A stretch of 64,000 nucleotides of DNA, the filler included, from Sphacelaria rigidula (lineage: Eukaryota): the NCBI GenBank assembly GCA_964200075.2. It is 3 parts of 3 records of this genome, joined end to end, with 100 filler letters (N's around TTAATTAATTAA, not from the genome) between each part and the next. Parts side by side here need not be neighbours in the genome. Positions count along the whole stretch, not along the records: positions 1 to 21,339 come from CAXNAA020000433.1; positions 21,440 to 42,769 come from CAXNAA020000434.1; 1 more part is not named here. One strand, written 5' to 3'. Position 1 is the stretch's first letter. Every line of letters starts with the position of its first letter. The notes below the pieces were generated by a model. It was not told where the DNA came from. It searched no databases and saw only the letters and a program-made list of their open reading frames with translations. The position numbers and the translations under genes are program-made. Below are positions 14,280-26,033 of this stretch, piece by piece.

Positions 14280-14430
14280 GCAGTATTGTTGTTGTTGTTG
14301 TCTTCACATTAAAAACCGTTCCGATATCTGCGCGGTACATTCGTCCTGGGCATCTGGACGCCTTCGGTGGTCACAGGCTACGAGTAGCAAAAAACAAAAA
14401 AAACAAAATAGACCCAGATCGAAACTTACA
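14280..14430 (-). mobile_element. Short 3' end of the same LINE family in opposite orientation
   Basis: Reverse complement of AGCCTGTGACCAC...GATATCGGAACGGTTTTTAATGTGAAGACAACAACAAC. Confidence 0.75.
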
Positions 14431-14538
14431 ATATACTCCGGAGTATACCGAGTATACTGACTTAATGTGAAGACAACAACAACAACAACAACAACACTGA
14501 CTGTTTCCGTATATTGCTATACAAAGACTGAGTCTAAC

Positions 14539-14565
14539 AAGATGGGCAAAGTCGTCAAGTTCAAA
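14539..14565 (-). CDS. Possible micro-exon 4 of hypothetical protein B
   Basis: TTACCAG|TTT...CTT|GTTAGA, 27 nt, phase 0/0. Reads FELDDFAHL; the donor is weak. Confidence 0.3.
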
Positions 14566-14707
14566 CTGGTAACTGGAATAACAACCAGATGCTGCGTTTC
14601 GCAATATGATCACAATCCACGATGGAGTTTGACCTACTTCCATATGCACGCAATTGATTTCACTGTTGATAGATTCTCAAGGACAAACACCAATCACTGT
14701 AACTCAC

Positions 14708-14761
14708 ATGAAAATCAAGCTGATGGTGCGATTGAACCCTGGCAACCTCTTGCCCAGGATT
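14708..14761 (-). CDS. Putative exon 3 of hypothetical protein B
   Basis: Pyrimidine-rich ...GCCCAG|AAT...CAT|GTGAGT, 54 nt, phase 0/0. Reads NPGQEVARVQSHHQLDFH. Confidence 0.5.
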
Positions 14762-14877
14762 CTGGGCACGTGGATGAGCCAAAAGCGAAGCCATGACTCG
14801 GAAAAGTAGATAGGCTTGATTTTGTCTCTGTGTCGTTTTTTTCTCGTCACTGTCCCCCTCTGTTGCGTCGACAATAC

Positions 14878-15004
14878 CGTGGTCACTCCAGGCACAACAT
14901 CCTCTGTAGCCATAGCATCTATTACGCTAAGAAGTGCGGGCCCAGGCAGGATCGAAATGTCCCTTGACATTTCAATGTTTTGCATCGAAACATTAGCTCC
15001 ACCC
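14878..15004 (-). CDS. Putative exon 2 of hypothetical protein B
   Basis: CTACAG|G GGT GGA...ACC ACG|GTATTG. Reads (R)GGANVSMQNIEMSRDISILPGPALLSVIDAMATEDVVPGVTT, in frame with exon 1. Confidence 0.55.
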
Positions 15005-15779
15005 CTGTAGTCCCGATTCATACTCGCGATCAAAACGTAAAATCGCACACAAAAATAAAAACCAACGCCGTACAATAAATAGTATCACGCTGAGTTCAGC
15101 CACACATTTCCCCAGTAGTATAAATGGAATAAGGTTTACAAGGGGAATGTGAAATGTGTGTCCTGGTATGTTGAGACCGCCTAGACATGTGTAAACATGT
15201 GGGGGAAAGGGCATAGCCGTCGTAGCCCCAGCGGGTAATACATCCTGGCCCCATTGAAGTACGATACAGGGACAGAAGCATGAACTCTGCGATTTTAGCA
15301 GAGGTATCTCAAACTCGAGGTTCCTGCTATATTTGACAGTATTTTGCCTTCAAATATCCTAGGGACCCCGAGGTTGAAATAACTCTATTATCATGGTCTT
15401 TTATTGAATCTCAAATCTCGATGTGTGTATACTCAGATCGGGGGAGCTTAGATCGAGATTTCCATTTTATAAGCGTTTTTAATAAATAGCAAATGAACGA
15501 GTTGTTTATGATCGCGGACCTGACTGTAGGGCTAGTGTGATGTATTTAATTGGGAACAAACACTACGCGATTTATAGATTGAGAACAAAACAGTGCTGTT
15601 GTCGAGTCTAAGCTTGGCTGCTTGTCAATTGTTTTACCAACTAGAGCGGACAAGTGGACAAGCGATATATAGACACTGCACTGTTGTTGTGAGGAAGAGG
15701 CACAGCTGTGGCTTCTGGTGGGTCTTGTAATCTCAAGCGATATACACGAAACACCAGTTTTTACACAAACGGAGATCAC

Positions 15780-15904
15780 CTTGGTACTTTGAGGGAGCGC
15801 AGATAAGCCCCAGGCGAAACTGCATTACAACGCAACAGCCGGGAACTCGCCATAAAGACAGCTATCACACCAGCGGCGCCGCCCTTCTCTACGGAGAGAA
15901 CCAT
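15780..15904 (-). CDS. Putative exon 1 of hypothetical protein B (possible signal peptide; alternative start at 15853)
   Basis: MVLSVEKGGAAGVIAVFMASSRLLRCNAVSPGAYLRSLKVP(R). The phase-2 donor AG|GTGATC fits the phase-2 acceptor at 15004. Confidence 0.5.
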
Positions 15905-15921
15905 CAGAGCTGGCGCTCGAT

Positions 15922-16172
15922 ATGTCCGCAACGACGGGAGCGGGGAATGGGAAACAGCCGGGTTTGCTGTCTGCAATGGCATCTCTCTTTCGCGAGAAAA
16001 AGACGGGAAACAGCACAAAGTCAGCGGGCGGTAGCTCCGTGTCTGTGTCGAGGCAATCGGAGATTTTGCCGCGAAGTTACGGGATAAATCGAACGAACTC
16101 GGAGAGGCTGGGGGAAAGGGAGGGGGGGAACGCTGGGGTGGCTCCTAATAAATTGTCGGAGGCTGACAGGAG
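15922..16172 (+). CDS. Putative exon 1 of hypothetical protein A
   Basis: ATG-initiated MSATTGAGNGKQPGLLSAMASLFREKK...LSEADR, ending at a phase-2 donor AG|GTATGT. Confidence 0.5.
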
Positions 16173-17166
16173 GTATGTGGAGGTGCCCATGTTTTCTTCT
16201 ACTGCTTTTGCTCTTGAAGAGTATTCGGGGAAGTGTGTAGTTTTGTGCACGTGCGCTTGTCTACAGTACAGTGACCGGGGTTCGTTACACACAACCGAGC
16301 CTAGAGGGGCGGGTGATGGATCGATCTATTTAGCACCATTTCATAGATGGGATCTCCGGAATTGGACTCAGTGAGGAGGGCGCATTTTTTTGCTGTTCTC
16401 GGCGTGATCATTATAGAGATTAACGACGTCGCGGCGAAAGGTGTTGAAAGCAACTAAACACTACCCCGCAGTTTAATTGGATTCTCTTCACCCAGGCCTC
16501 CTGTGATGCACGCTACCCTTGTACTGAAAACATAGTGTTATCTGACTGCGCCCCGCGCGCACTTTCCCAGATCCATACATGCGAACATTCCACCGCTGTG
16601 ACTAGGGGTACACGTACAATGTATATCTACACTATTTTTCAGTACTCGTAGTTGCTGTTGTGTTGGTCACAATATATTTTGAGAAGATCAAGATATCATA
16701 TTATCCAAGTTCTCTCGGAGATGGACGTGATGTTTATGTTGATAGAATTGCGGACTAGCGGGACTTTAGTGATGGTTACAATGACTGACACCACTATGCG
16801 CATTCTGGATATATTGAGAACGAATCCATTCCGTTTGCTGTACTGCCTTGCCTCTTGCTTTTCTCCTCGCAATGTTGGTTACAGTTGTAGTTCCAGTATT
16901 GACCGTCGCACCGCGCTGTATTTACGTGAGGTGGTTTGCTCGTCAAAAGTTGGGCTTGCGAGTCTCGACTGGCTGACTTCTTTCATATGAATATATTGAA
17001 AATACTGTTCTGTAAAGTTCTTTCACTGACATTACATGAAAAACGGACCACAAACCATTCCGGCACCTGTGTGTTTCAAAGGTTCGCGTGCTCATGATGG
17101 ATCATGGGTTATCTTGTGGTCAGGAACATACCATACAAGAGTACTACGAGCGTACTGTTGTTGCAG

Positions 17167-17296
17167 TTATAGCCCTCGATCGCGATCGGACGGCCTGGAT
17201 TATACATGCTTGATTGATCCTTGGAGCCCCCGGGAATCACTACATGATGTCCTGGATGGCATCGTTCGAGTCAAGACGATGGAGTTCCAATTGATG
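17167..17296 (+). CDS. Putative exon 2 of hypothetical protein A
   Basis: TTGTTGCAG|T TAT AGC completes the phase-2 codon from exon 1. Reads YSPRSRSDGLDYTCLIDPWSPRESLHDVLDGIVRVKTMEFQLM; the donor (GTCACA) is weak and the 3' boundary uncertain. Confidence 0.45.
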
Positions 17297-17329
17297 GTCA
17301 CACCTCGGCCTTCATCGTGTGAAAATGCG

Positions 17330-17613
17330 TATCTTTACCATTTTGTACACACTCAACTATCATTACAGTATATTTATTCATTATTGACGCTGTTGTCCTG
17401 GCGTAATCACTTTCCTCCTGCCTTGGTCCCAAGACACCGTGTGTGTTGCATGCGTGTCTATGTCTACTGTTATCTTTACCATTTTGTATACACTCAACTA
17501 TCATTACAGTATATTTATTCATTATTGACACTGTTGTCCTGGCGTAATCACTTTCCTCCTGCCTTGGTCCCGAGACACCGTGTGTGTGTTGCATGCGTGT
17601 CTATGTCTACTGT
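17330..17613. repeat. Tandem duplication of ~141 bp
   Basis: TATCTTTACCATTTTGTA...CTATGTCTACTGT occurs twice with very few differences. Confidence 0.95.
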
Positions 17614-20600
17614 TTGTATCCAGGCGGTTGATCATCGTACATGGGGTGTTTCGTACGCATGCCAACAGTCTGTCTATGAAACAGGTCTTCCTGTTTGTAG
17701 CAGCTGCTGTGCAGACGCGTCCTCCTTCCATCTGCATACACGCGTTTCACGACTCATAAAACAAACAGTAAAAAATCCATTGGCACATTGAACTTTGCCA
17801 GGAACAAAACTCTGCAAACCTTCACTCTACTGACGGAAGCACTTTTCAAACACTTCAAGAACGCAGAGGTCGTGTTGGGCGTCAGGGCGTACGGAGCTTG
17901 AGCTCCGACAAGCAGAAGCAGCCAACACCTTTTTCTCGGTAGCAATATCACCCTGTTCGGAAGCGTATGATTTTGCACTACGCTGTGCCATCCTATCCTG
18001 TAGGCGGGAGGTCATTCGGCCATATGGAAATACTTGTAATTATCACCCAACACCAACGATCGAGCATCTGCCCTGTCTCTGATCTAGACTTTCATTCACA
18101 AGCGTCTCTCAGGACCCACTTACCCAACCTCTGTGTGGCTTGAGCTTTGACGAACGAGCTGCCCGGACTGGACTCACACAGAAATGTTAGTTTCGGGTGC
18201 GTTCGAGCCAAATGAAAAGCAACTCATCCGGTACCCCCAGCTCGGTGTGATTGAAGAAAACGCTGTGCACTACCATCACCACGCCGACCGTTGTTCCACC
18301 GTTCCGGGTGCGTACCGACTTTTTCGAGCTGCCCGCCCCCATGCACTATGGTTGGGTTGACCGATGCGGGGCAAGTACAGCACAACAGTATGGTACAGTA
18401 GTCGTCGATTCATAGTTGCCCGTGTAACTGACCGGGCACCCTGCAAGGTGCATCTGCTCCCGGTCAATTGCTACCGATCTTCAAAAATTGTTGACGCTAC
18501 AGGAGGGCTGTAGCCAAACCCCGATACATCACAGGCTGGTTCAAACCTTTCCACCTGAGTTCAGTCGCCCTCGCTTGTGTCGGAGTGCCCCCGATGGCAG
18601 GTGCCGTAAATGTTATCATTTCCCCGACTCTACCGCATTCGGCGTACCGAAGCTTCCGACCCAAACAGTTGTAATGTCTGGTAGGCTTCGGAAAGCTCAT
18701 GTTCATCCTCCCAGCCCCGCAATGGCCAAGATCTGGTCACATTCTGCCAGTGACAACTAGTCTTGAGTTGCAGCCCATGTAGCACGATATTACGTATTAC
18801 AACATTCTGGGGATGTACTGCATAACGACCGTGGTCAATAGACCCTCGGATATCGTGCGTTTGTACCCTCCTGGCGCGTGTATATGCGATGTGTAGACAA
18901 CAGTATCTGTTCTCCGGTTGGAGTATACAACCCACCCTCGGGTTATTGCCAGTTCGCGGGTTTATAAAATTGGTCACTTCCGGCCGTTGTACTGCACCTA
19001 CGGAGTGGTGGTCGGTGTGGTACATAGTAGTTGGTTGTAGTGTGAGTAGGGACGCATCAAGGCTCGGGTACTGGTAGCATCCGTTGGTCAGCATATACAC
19101 CACACGTACGGTAGTCTTTGGAGTGGTTCTAATGATTCCACATCCGGACTGCTCGGTGTAGGCCTCCACACGAGCACTCTCTTGTTGTCGATCTGTACTG
19201 TCTGGTATTGCGGTACAGTCTGAAGGGGAACAGTCCCTCGTGGTGACGTTGCTCCGCAGGCAACCCAACTAGCTCACAAAAGTTGTTGTCACTCACGAGC
19301 GCATATTCGCGTGTTACGTCTGATGGTTCGCACCCTAGCTTACTCATCTAAACTGATGTAAAAGTGCGGCCCCATGGCAGACCCGGTTACACGCGAGTAT
19401 TGCTCATGGAATGTGTGTCAACGTTACCCCTCTGCTGTGATGTTTAACATAGCCAGCTGGACATACCCTCTTGTATCATGAAGTTGGTTCCGATAGCAAT
19501 AAGCGCAAGCAGGGGTACATAAAAAGGGAGCAGTTTCGAAGTCAAAAGTATTTAACGCGTTACCCATATGTCAGCCCGTCCCAAGTAGTGTGAGGACATG
19601 ACCACACACCGTGGGAATTGGAAATCGCACGCGTGAGGAGACCCCGAGTGTATCGTGAGTATGTGTCATCCCTTTTATTCCGGACGCCAGTGTGTACACC
19701 TTTCTTCACACGATGATGGTAGATTTCACCGCATGTGATCAAGAAAATATGTCATCGTCCTTCTCTCACCCAAATACCACTGCTCGCAGGTCCCGAGGAT
19801 GATCATCTCCTATGAACCGGTTGCATGGGGTGCAACCGTGTCTCTGTACTCGTGGCATTATCGCGTAGGGGCTGCTACGCCATTAATGGTTCGTGTTGGA
19901 ACTGTTCCTCTTTCACTCTGTTGCATCACATTTGCATTTCCTGTGGTGAACCTCTCGTTGGTTTTTACCCGAATTGTACATATGCACCACCGATCTTGCG
20001 TGCCCCATTCCCGTATTTGTGTTGGGCATCGCCCATCACTTGCTCATCTCTGCAGACGCGTGAGCATGGCGATGTCGTTATCAGCGCATCCAAAGTGTGC
20101 CCTGCGTTACCCTCGTGCAAACACCCTGTGTAAAATTTGTCCATGTCTTGTGCGAGTCTTCCCTCCAGAGTCATCAATCAAACCGCGAGACACTCCCTCA
20201 AGGTGACTGGCAATCCTGCTCAGTTCTGTTTCTGTACTCTCGGGGATTGAAATTGGTGCTCACCGTGGAAAGCCTCATCAGAGCGACTAAACAAGCATGA
20301 ACAAGTTGATCTCCGATGTCTCATGTCTGGGTTCTGGTCGCTTCATTCAAGTGAAGATGGGATTTGATCAACAGATGAAGCCACCCCGACAGTCAAACTG
20401 TTATTTCATCTTTGGAGCGCACGCAGCGTCTTGTTTTGAGCATCTTACCCTCAACAGCCCCGCTGGAGGATGTCCGTGGTGCAGGCGATGGGGATGGCCA
20501 CCAGGCTGCTTTGACGCTGCAAAGATTTCGCGTATTTCTCATATTTACAAGAAGGATTGCAGGGCCGGGCCGTAAGATATTTCCTCGCCTGAATGCTCAA

Positions 20601-21339
20601 AAAGCGAACGTCAGACAACTCCGCTCCTTCCCCAACTTTCAATACCGCCAGTCACCGTTCGGGCAACAGAGATATTTGTGGGGAATATCTCACCGCGGCG
20701 ATTCCATGCGTTGTGTATGTGTTGACTTGTGGTGCCCGTCTCGCTAAAGCGGCTATGGGCTGTGGGGGGAAATGCATACCGCAGACAGATCTAAACAGCA
20801 CCGCACCATACCCGCACGCGCCGCCTAGGGCACGTGCACCCTTACCGTATACACTGCTCCGTTCAGCTGATTCACAGACGCTGTTTTTGTTGACCACGTG
20901 CTAGTACTACTCTCTGTTGAGGTCATCACGAACACATTTTTATGGTGTCGCGCACTGCTAAACTGTCCTGAGGCGGTAGTTCCGCTGACCGTGGTTCATG
21001 CACGAATGACGCGGGGCATGTGCGTGGCAAACGGTTTCAACGTGGGAGTTGTCTCGTCGGCCGAAACAGCTTTATCGAACCCCTGGCGAAACTAATATTA
21101 GTTATGAAAAGATGGCCTACTGGCGACTGAGGCCGCTTCTTATAACAGACAAAAATAAAAACCCGGAAAAATGTATTTCTGGAGCTTTCACGTCGTTTTA
21201 CGCCCCCAAAGCGAGCTAGGCGAAATTTGACACCTTGGAACGACTTACTCTACTAGTTGAGGCTGTTCCAGGACATCTTCCCGTTTTCCGGTGGTCACAG
21301 GTTTCATTTTGGCCCAAGAAGAATTTTTGTGCAGGAACG

Positions 21340-21439
21340 NNNNNNNNNNNNNNNNNNNNNNNNNNNNNNNNNNNNNNNNNNNNTTAATTAATTAANNNNN
21401 NNNNNNNNNNNNNNNNNNNNNNNNNNNNNNNNNNNNNNN
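21340..21439. other. Assembly spacer (contig join)
   Basis: N44-TTAATTAATTAA-N44, a synthetic all-frame stop linker. Confidence 0.97.
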
Positions 21440-21605
21440 GTTGCCGAGCTTACGCAGTGAGTGGCGTGTTTTACAGCGTCATCGCCAACCGACGCCAACC
21501 CCATCGGGGGTCCGCAAAAACTGGGAGGGGGGACGGGGAAACAACTGAATGTGTCAACCCTCGCAAGCCGACAAAAATGTGGTTCTTCTGTGTTGCTTCG
21601 ATCAG

Positions 21606-21758
21606 AACGAGCGTCTCAAGAAGGAGAACGTCTCTTTGCGATGGCGATTGGCTATGGCCGGCGACAGGAAACAGAAAGCTGAGAAAGAAGAAGGCGTACA
21701 GGATCTCAACTACCTACTGGCCTCAAAAGAGGTCAAGATACGTGCTCTCGAGGACCAG
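21606..21758 (+). CDS. Coiled-coil-encoding exon (may belong to protein A across the assembly spacer)
   Basis: Pyrimidine tract + ATCAG|AAC...CAG|GTCAGC, 153 nt, phase 0/0. NERLKKENVSLRWRLAMAGDRKQKAEKEEGVQDLNYLLASKEVKIRALEDQ shows heptad-like charged/hydrophobic patterning. Confidence 0.65.
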
Positions 21759-23680
21759 GTCAGCTACCGAAAAAACACGTCACGACACGACACTACTAAA
21801 GAAACGGGCGCTCAATTCTCTTCCATGTCATACAGTAGCAATGTCCGCAGAGTCCGCGGGAATCTCTTCATACTTGACGGAGGTAATAGATTGTATGTTT
21901 TCATAAAAGCTTCCCTCGCATCATGTATCAGAAGTGGGACTCGTACGAATGTGATATGATTGTGGTGCCATGAATTTTATTATCTTTCGCCATTGTCCAC
22001 GGAAATAGACACATTAATCCTGACAGACGAGTTGGAGAAGAATGTTGCCAAGTGGAGGCATATCTACAACCGATGGGGTGTTTCAAGAGTTTTTGTCGAG
22101 TAGATGACGTTATGGTTCAAGCAAAGGGTGAACTTCTCGGTGTGGTCACTGCTAGCATTATTGTTCGCAGAATTGGAGATGGTTGCGGGGTATCTTCTGG
22201 TCACGCGGTGACGCGTCTGTTTGAGTCATGACAGTAGATCCTTAGTTCGTTGTCCCTGGGTTGGCGTCCCACCTCCCCAGTCTGGCACTAGTCCCTCCGG
22301 CCCTCCAGCAACAACTCCCTGTAAAGTAGACTATGTTACAAACTGTTCAAGAGGGTTTTGGGTCCCTTCTTCTCACGCTTCTATCTTGCCATCGGGTGTT
22401 CCAGTCTCCATCGAACGGGCATTGTGTGGGTGCCAATCCGTCTTTGGAGTGTACTATATGTTGTTTTGTTTCACCCCCTTTTCGATTCTTCTCTTCTATC
22501 TTGAAAAGTGTTGCGCGAGTTGAGTCGAATCGCGTTGTTCGAAGCAAAAGCACACCCGGAATAGACCACCTTCAAATTGGATTCCTGGGGTAAGGTTGGG
22601 TTACCAACCCAACTCATTGAAAACTCCCGCTTTATTATAACACGAATCCGTCTATTTGAACAGCACTGATACATCTATTCACATGTCAATGCCGTCATTT
22701 TGCACGTGTCAACCACCGCCGGCAGTTGATTGCGACTGCGAAGGAAGCTGGCGAGGAGTCATCTCATCTAAAAATGCGTATAATGGAGATGGAAATGGGT
22801 ATTGTGGGCGCAACCAATATGCAAAGCCCAGAGTCGCTTGGAGACTTGTGACAGAAACCAGCTGCGTATTACTTCCTGGCAACTCCGTCTATTTTGTGCT
22901 ATCTGCGGATTGTGACACCATTCATGTTGCGTACCTCACGTAACATCTCGCGTGTACGTGAAGAGCACACCCATAACGTGTACTGTTGTAATAAAGCGCA
23001 GATCGGATGGATAAGTGTGTTTTTTATGGCAGTCATCGCATGCAGTGGCACTTTCTAGAGGACGCTCGGATGTTCACCAAAATCACGTGTACATTACTTG
23101 TCCGTAGGGCACCCGCAGTATGGAGTACAAAAGTACTCGGCTGATGATGCGATTTGAGTGAGATTATTTTCTACGTACAGCAAAGCAGTGCACATCACAC
23201 ATGGATGGAAGGCCTGTCGTATACTCATCTTCAAGGTATGTGTGTATCATTAACCCCTTCGAAGTGACAATCGAATCCTTTGAGTGTAACCTAGTTTAGT
23301 CAAGTGTGTTGGTACGAAATAACGATCGAATTTATCATTGCAGAATTATTGTCCTTACTTGTCCGCATGGTCACTCCGAGTGGTGTCGACGCTTTGTTCG
23401 TTTGTTTATTGCATTCTTCTTGCCTGACCACAGCGAACAAAGCATGTGTGTGTTCGATTCGCACCGGTCGGTGTTCGATACTATAGACACACCTCATGTT
23501 CGCGCCTACGGTATGTCTACCTGGCGTGCTGCCCGAGACGATGAGTCTCCGGGTCTCCTACTACAGACTGCTGTTGTTGAATTCCCCTTGCAGAAGGTAC
23601 CGCGAAGCAAGGCGTATCTGAAAGAGATCATGTTTCATATCATCTCTCTAATTATTATTGGATTCTTAAGCAAGAATTTG

Positions 23681-25020
23681 CCTGTGAGCCGGGTGATGAG
23701 CAGTTCACAGCAGCGCTTGTCACGCAAGAAAAAAGAATCACCGGAGATCCCACGGGACGGGACGGGAATCCCCGTCCCGCGTCGTGTTTTGGCGACAAAA
23801 AAATGGTTCCGTCTCGCCCCGTGCTTGTTTTGGCGACGGGAAAACGTTCCCGTTCCGTCGCGTCCTCACGGGAATATTCCAGACAATTTTCACGGGAATT
23901 CCCGTCAGTGTGAAAGGGACTGCCCGTCTAGGAACCGGAAATTCTCATCCAATCTGAGGGGAAACGTTTTTCCATTATTTTCAGACCCCGGTCTCTTCCA
24001 GTCTATTCTTGACTTACATACCACATGAGGGGATGAACGGTCGCAATCATCGTGACTAAGCACGCTTAATGTGACCAGGTCTTGTGACGGGAGTTCGGGA
24101 CGGGACGGGACGGGCGTGCACGTCGGAATCGGGGTGAAACAAGATAAAATAGTCTTTGTTGTGAATTCCCGTTCCCCCGGAATCCACGGGACGGGACGAG
24201 ACCGTCCTTCCGTCGCGATCATGAGTCGATCGCAGTGCCGTTATTGGATGCTGTATCTCAACGTCGTTGATTGTATCTTCGCAAACAAAATTATGCCCCC
24301 ATTGTGATATCTCAACAAAGTCAACCCCGATGTGAATCCATGAAAGCTGTGAAGCGTACAGATCGATCTACCGTTTCGCCCCAGGGTTGTCCTTGACAGA
24401 TTCCTTCACGATAAAGAAATATAGAAGAGCACCCCGCGGTGACCCGGTGCAAACGAGCTAGGCTAGAATTAGCACAATGAAACCTACCTAGTGCTCACGT
24501 TGATTACAGGGAAATACAACCCTAACCGGGAGTTCGATCTATAGGCTTCACAGCTGGGGCGGACGCTGGGATTTCCTCTTGTCAAGCTGTCACAATTACC
24601 ACTGAGCTATACTCAGTCAGCGCTGACTGAGTAGCTGACTGAGAAGCTCAGTGGTTACTCTGTATTGTGACATCATTGTGCTTGTTTCGAGGCGTTTCAC
24701 ACATATCCCATGAGGATGGGCAGGACAGGAATTCCCGTCCCGTCCCGTCCCGTCCCGCTCTTGCCAGTCCCCATTTTTTCTAATTTCAAAATTTCCGTTC
24801 CATCCCGTCACTATTTTGGCGACGGATACGTTCCAGTCCGGTCACGTCATTTTCTCTGCGACAGAGAATCGTTCCCGTCCCGTCCTGTCATTTTTTTGCC
24901 GACAAAAAATCGTTCCCATCCCATCTTGTTCGACGCGTCCCGTCAATTTTTACCGACGGGAAAGCGTTCCCGCTCCGTTCCGTCGTCTTGTTGGCGGGAA
25001 TTTCCGCCCTGGTTCACAGG
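23681..25020. mobile_element. CCCGT/ACGGG-array TIR element cluster, with a nested ~210-bp inverted-repeat element at ~24345-24555
   Basis: CCTGTGAGCCGGG ... CCTGGTTCACAGG termini and dense CCCGTCCCGT motifs. Inner inverted ends AGCTGTGAAGCGTACAGATCGA / TCGATCTATAGGCTTCACAGCT. Confidence 0.6.
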
Positions 25021-25817
25021 GCGAGAACTACAGAGTAGTTAATACGTCACAGTTTCTCACCAATTACGGCGGAACGATGAAAAATAGTCGGATGAGGAAT
25101 CACCTCATTATAGATACCCCTTGACCTCACCAGCTAGCTGTTTGATACAGCAGAGCCCTGGGATCTGTACTCGAGAAAAAGTGATCGTGAAAACCGCGAC
25201 GCACCGTGTTCTCAGTGGCTTGCATGGACTGAAACCGACTGCTTTATGATCAATAATGAATGGGTCAAACCTTTCACCTCGCAGGGTGTGGGATATGTTT
25301 ATGTACGAGCAGTCATGAGCAAGAGTTGATACGCGAACTAAGCTCCGTATCGAGATGCACGGACTTCTAAATGGCCTATGCGGCGAACGAAGCGATCGTT
25401 TGTTTCCATTTTTCACACACAAGTATGTACGGTTATTGAACCGTGTAATGCTCGTTGAAGTACAAGGGATCCGGCCGATCTATTCCCGCGTTTTTACAGT
25501 CATCTTTATGCGAAAAGCCATAATTACAATTAAGCCTTTCCCCCGTTACCCGACTGAGCAAGTTTCAACTTGGTTACCTTCGAATGATTTGACGGGAGAT
25601 AACACCCCCTTCCCCCTGGATATGCGCACCCATCCAGTTCCGCCGCATATATCACACATGGCACACACTTTGTCGCGATCATCCGTGTCTTGGTGTCTGA
25701 CCTTAAGCAATCACTATACCTATCGCAGGGTAGTGTTGAAGTTAGCTCCCCTGATTCAACTCGGCAAGATGCTCTCAGCCCAAAGAACAGCCTAGAAATC
25801 GTGTCATCTGCAAAGTC

Positions 25818-26033
25818 ATGACTCCCAAGCTCACATGGGCTCCTGCAAGGGAGACTGGAAGCCAGCGAGAGAGGCCCTGCGGAAGATCCGGGCACACGTT
25901 GACGGCTATGGGTCCCAATGTGTACATGTTCGGTGGTCTTGCCGAAAATTCATCACCTGCTGGCCCATCAGACGAGATGTGGCTGCTCACCATGAGCTCG
26001 ACGGACGTACGATGGCATGCGTGCTCGAAGAAG
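25818..26033 (+). CDS. First exon of a Kelch-repeat (beta-propeller) protein
   Basis: MTPKLTW...RPCGRSGHTLTAMGPNVYMFGGL...DEMWLL...RW is a complete Kelch repeat (R-x-x-H, FGG, terminal W). It ends at a phase-0 donor AAG|GTGAGA. Confidence 0.85.

Noticed and set aside
21384..21395. TTAATTAATTAA palindrome between N runs (also 42814-42825)
   Set aside because: Identical at both gaps; a synthetic linker, not biology.
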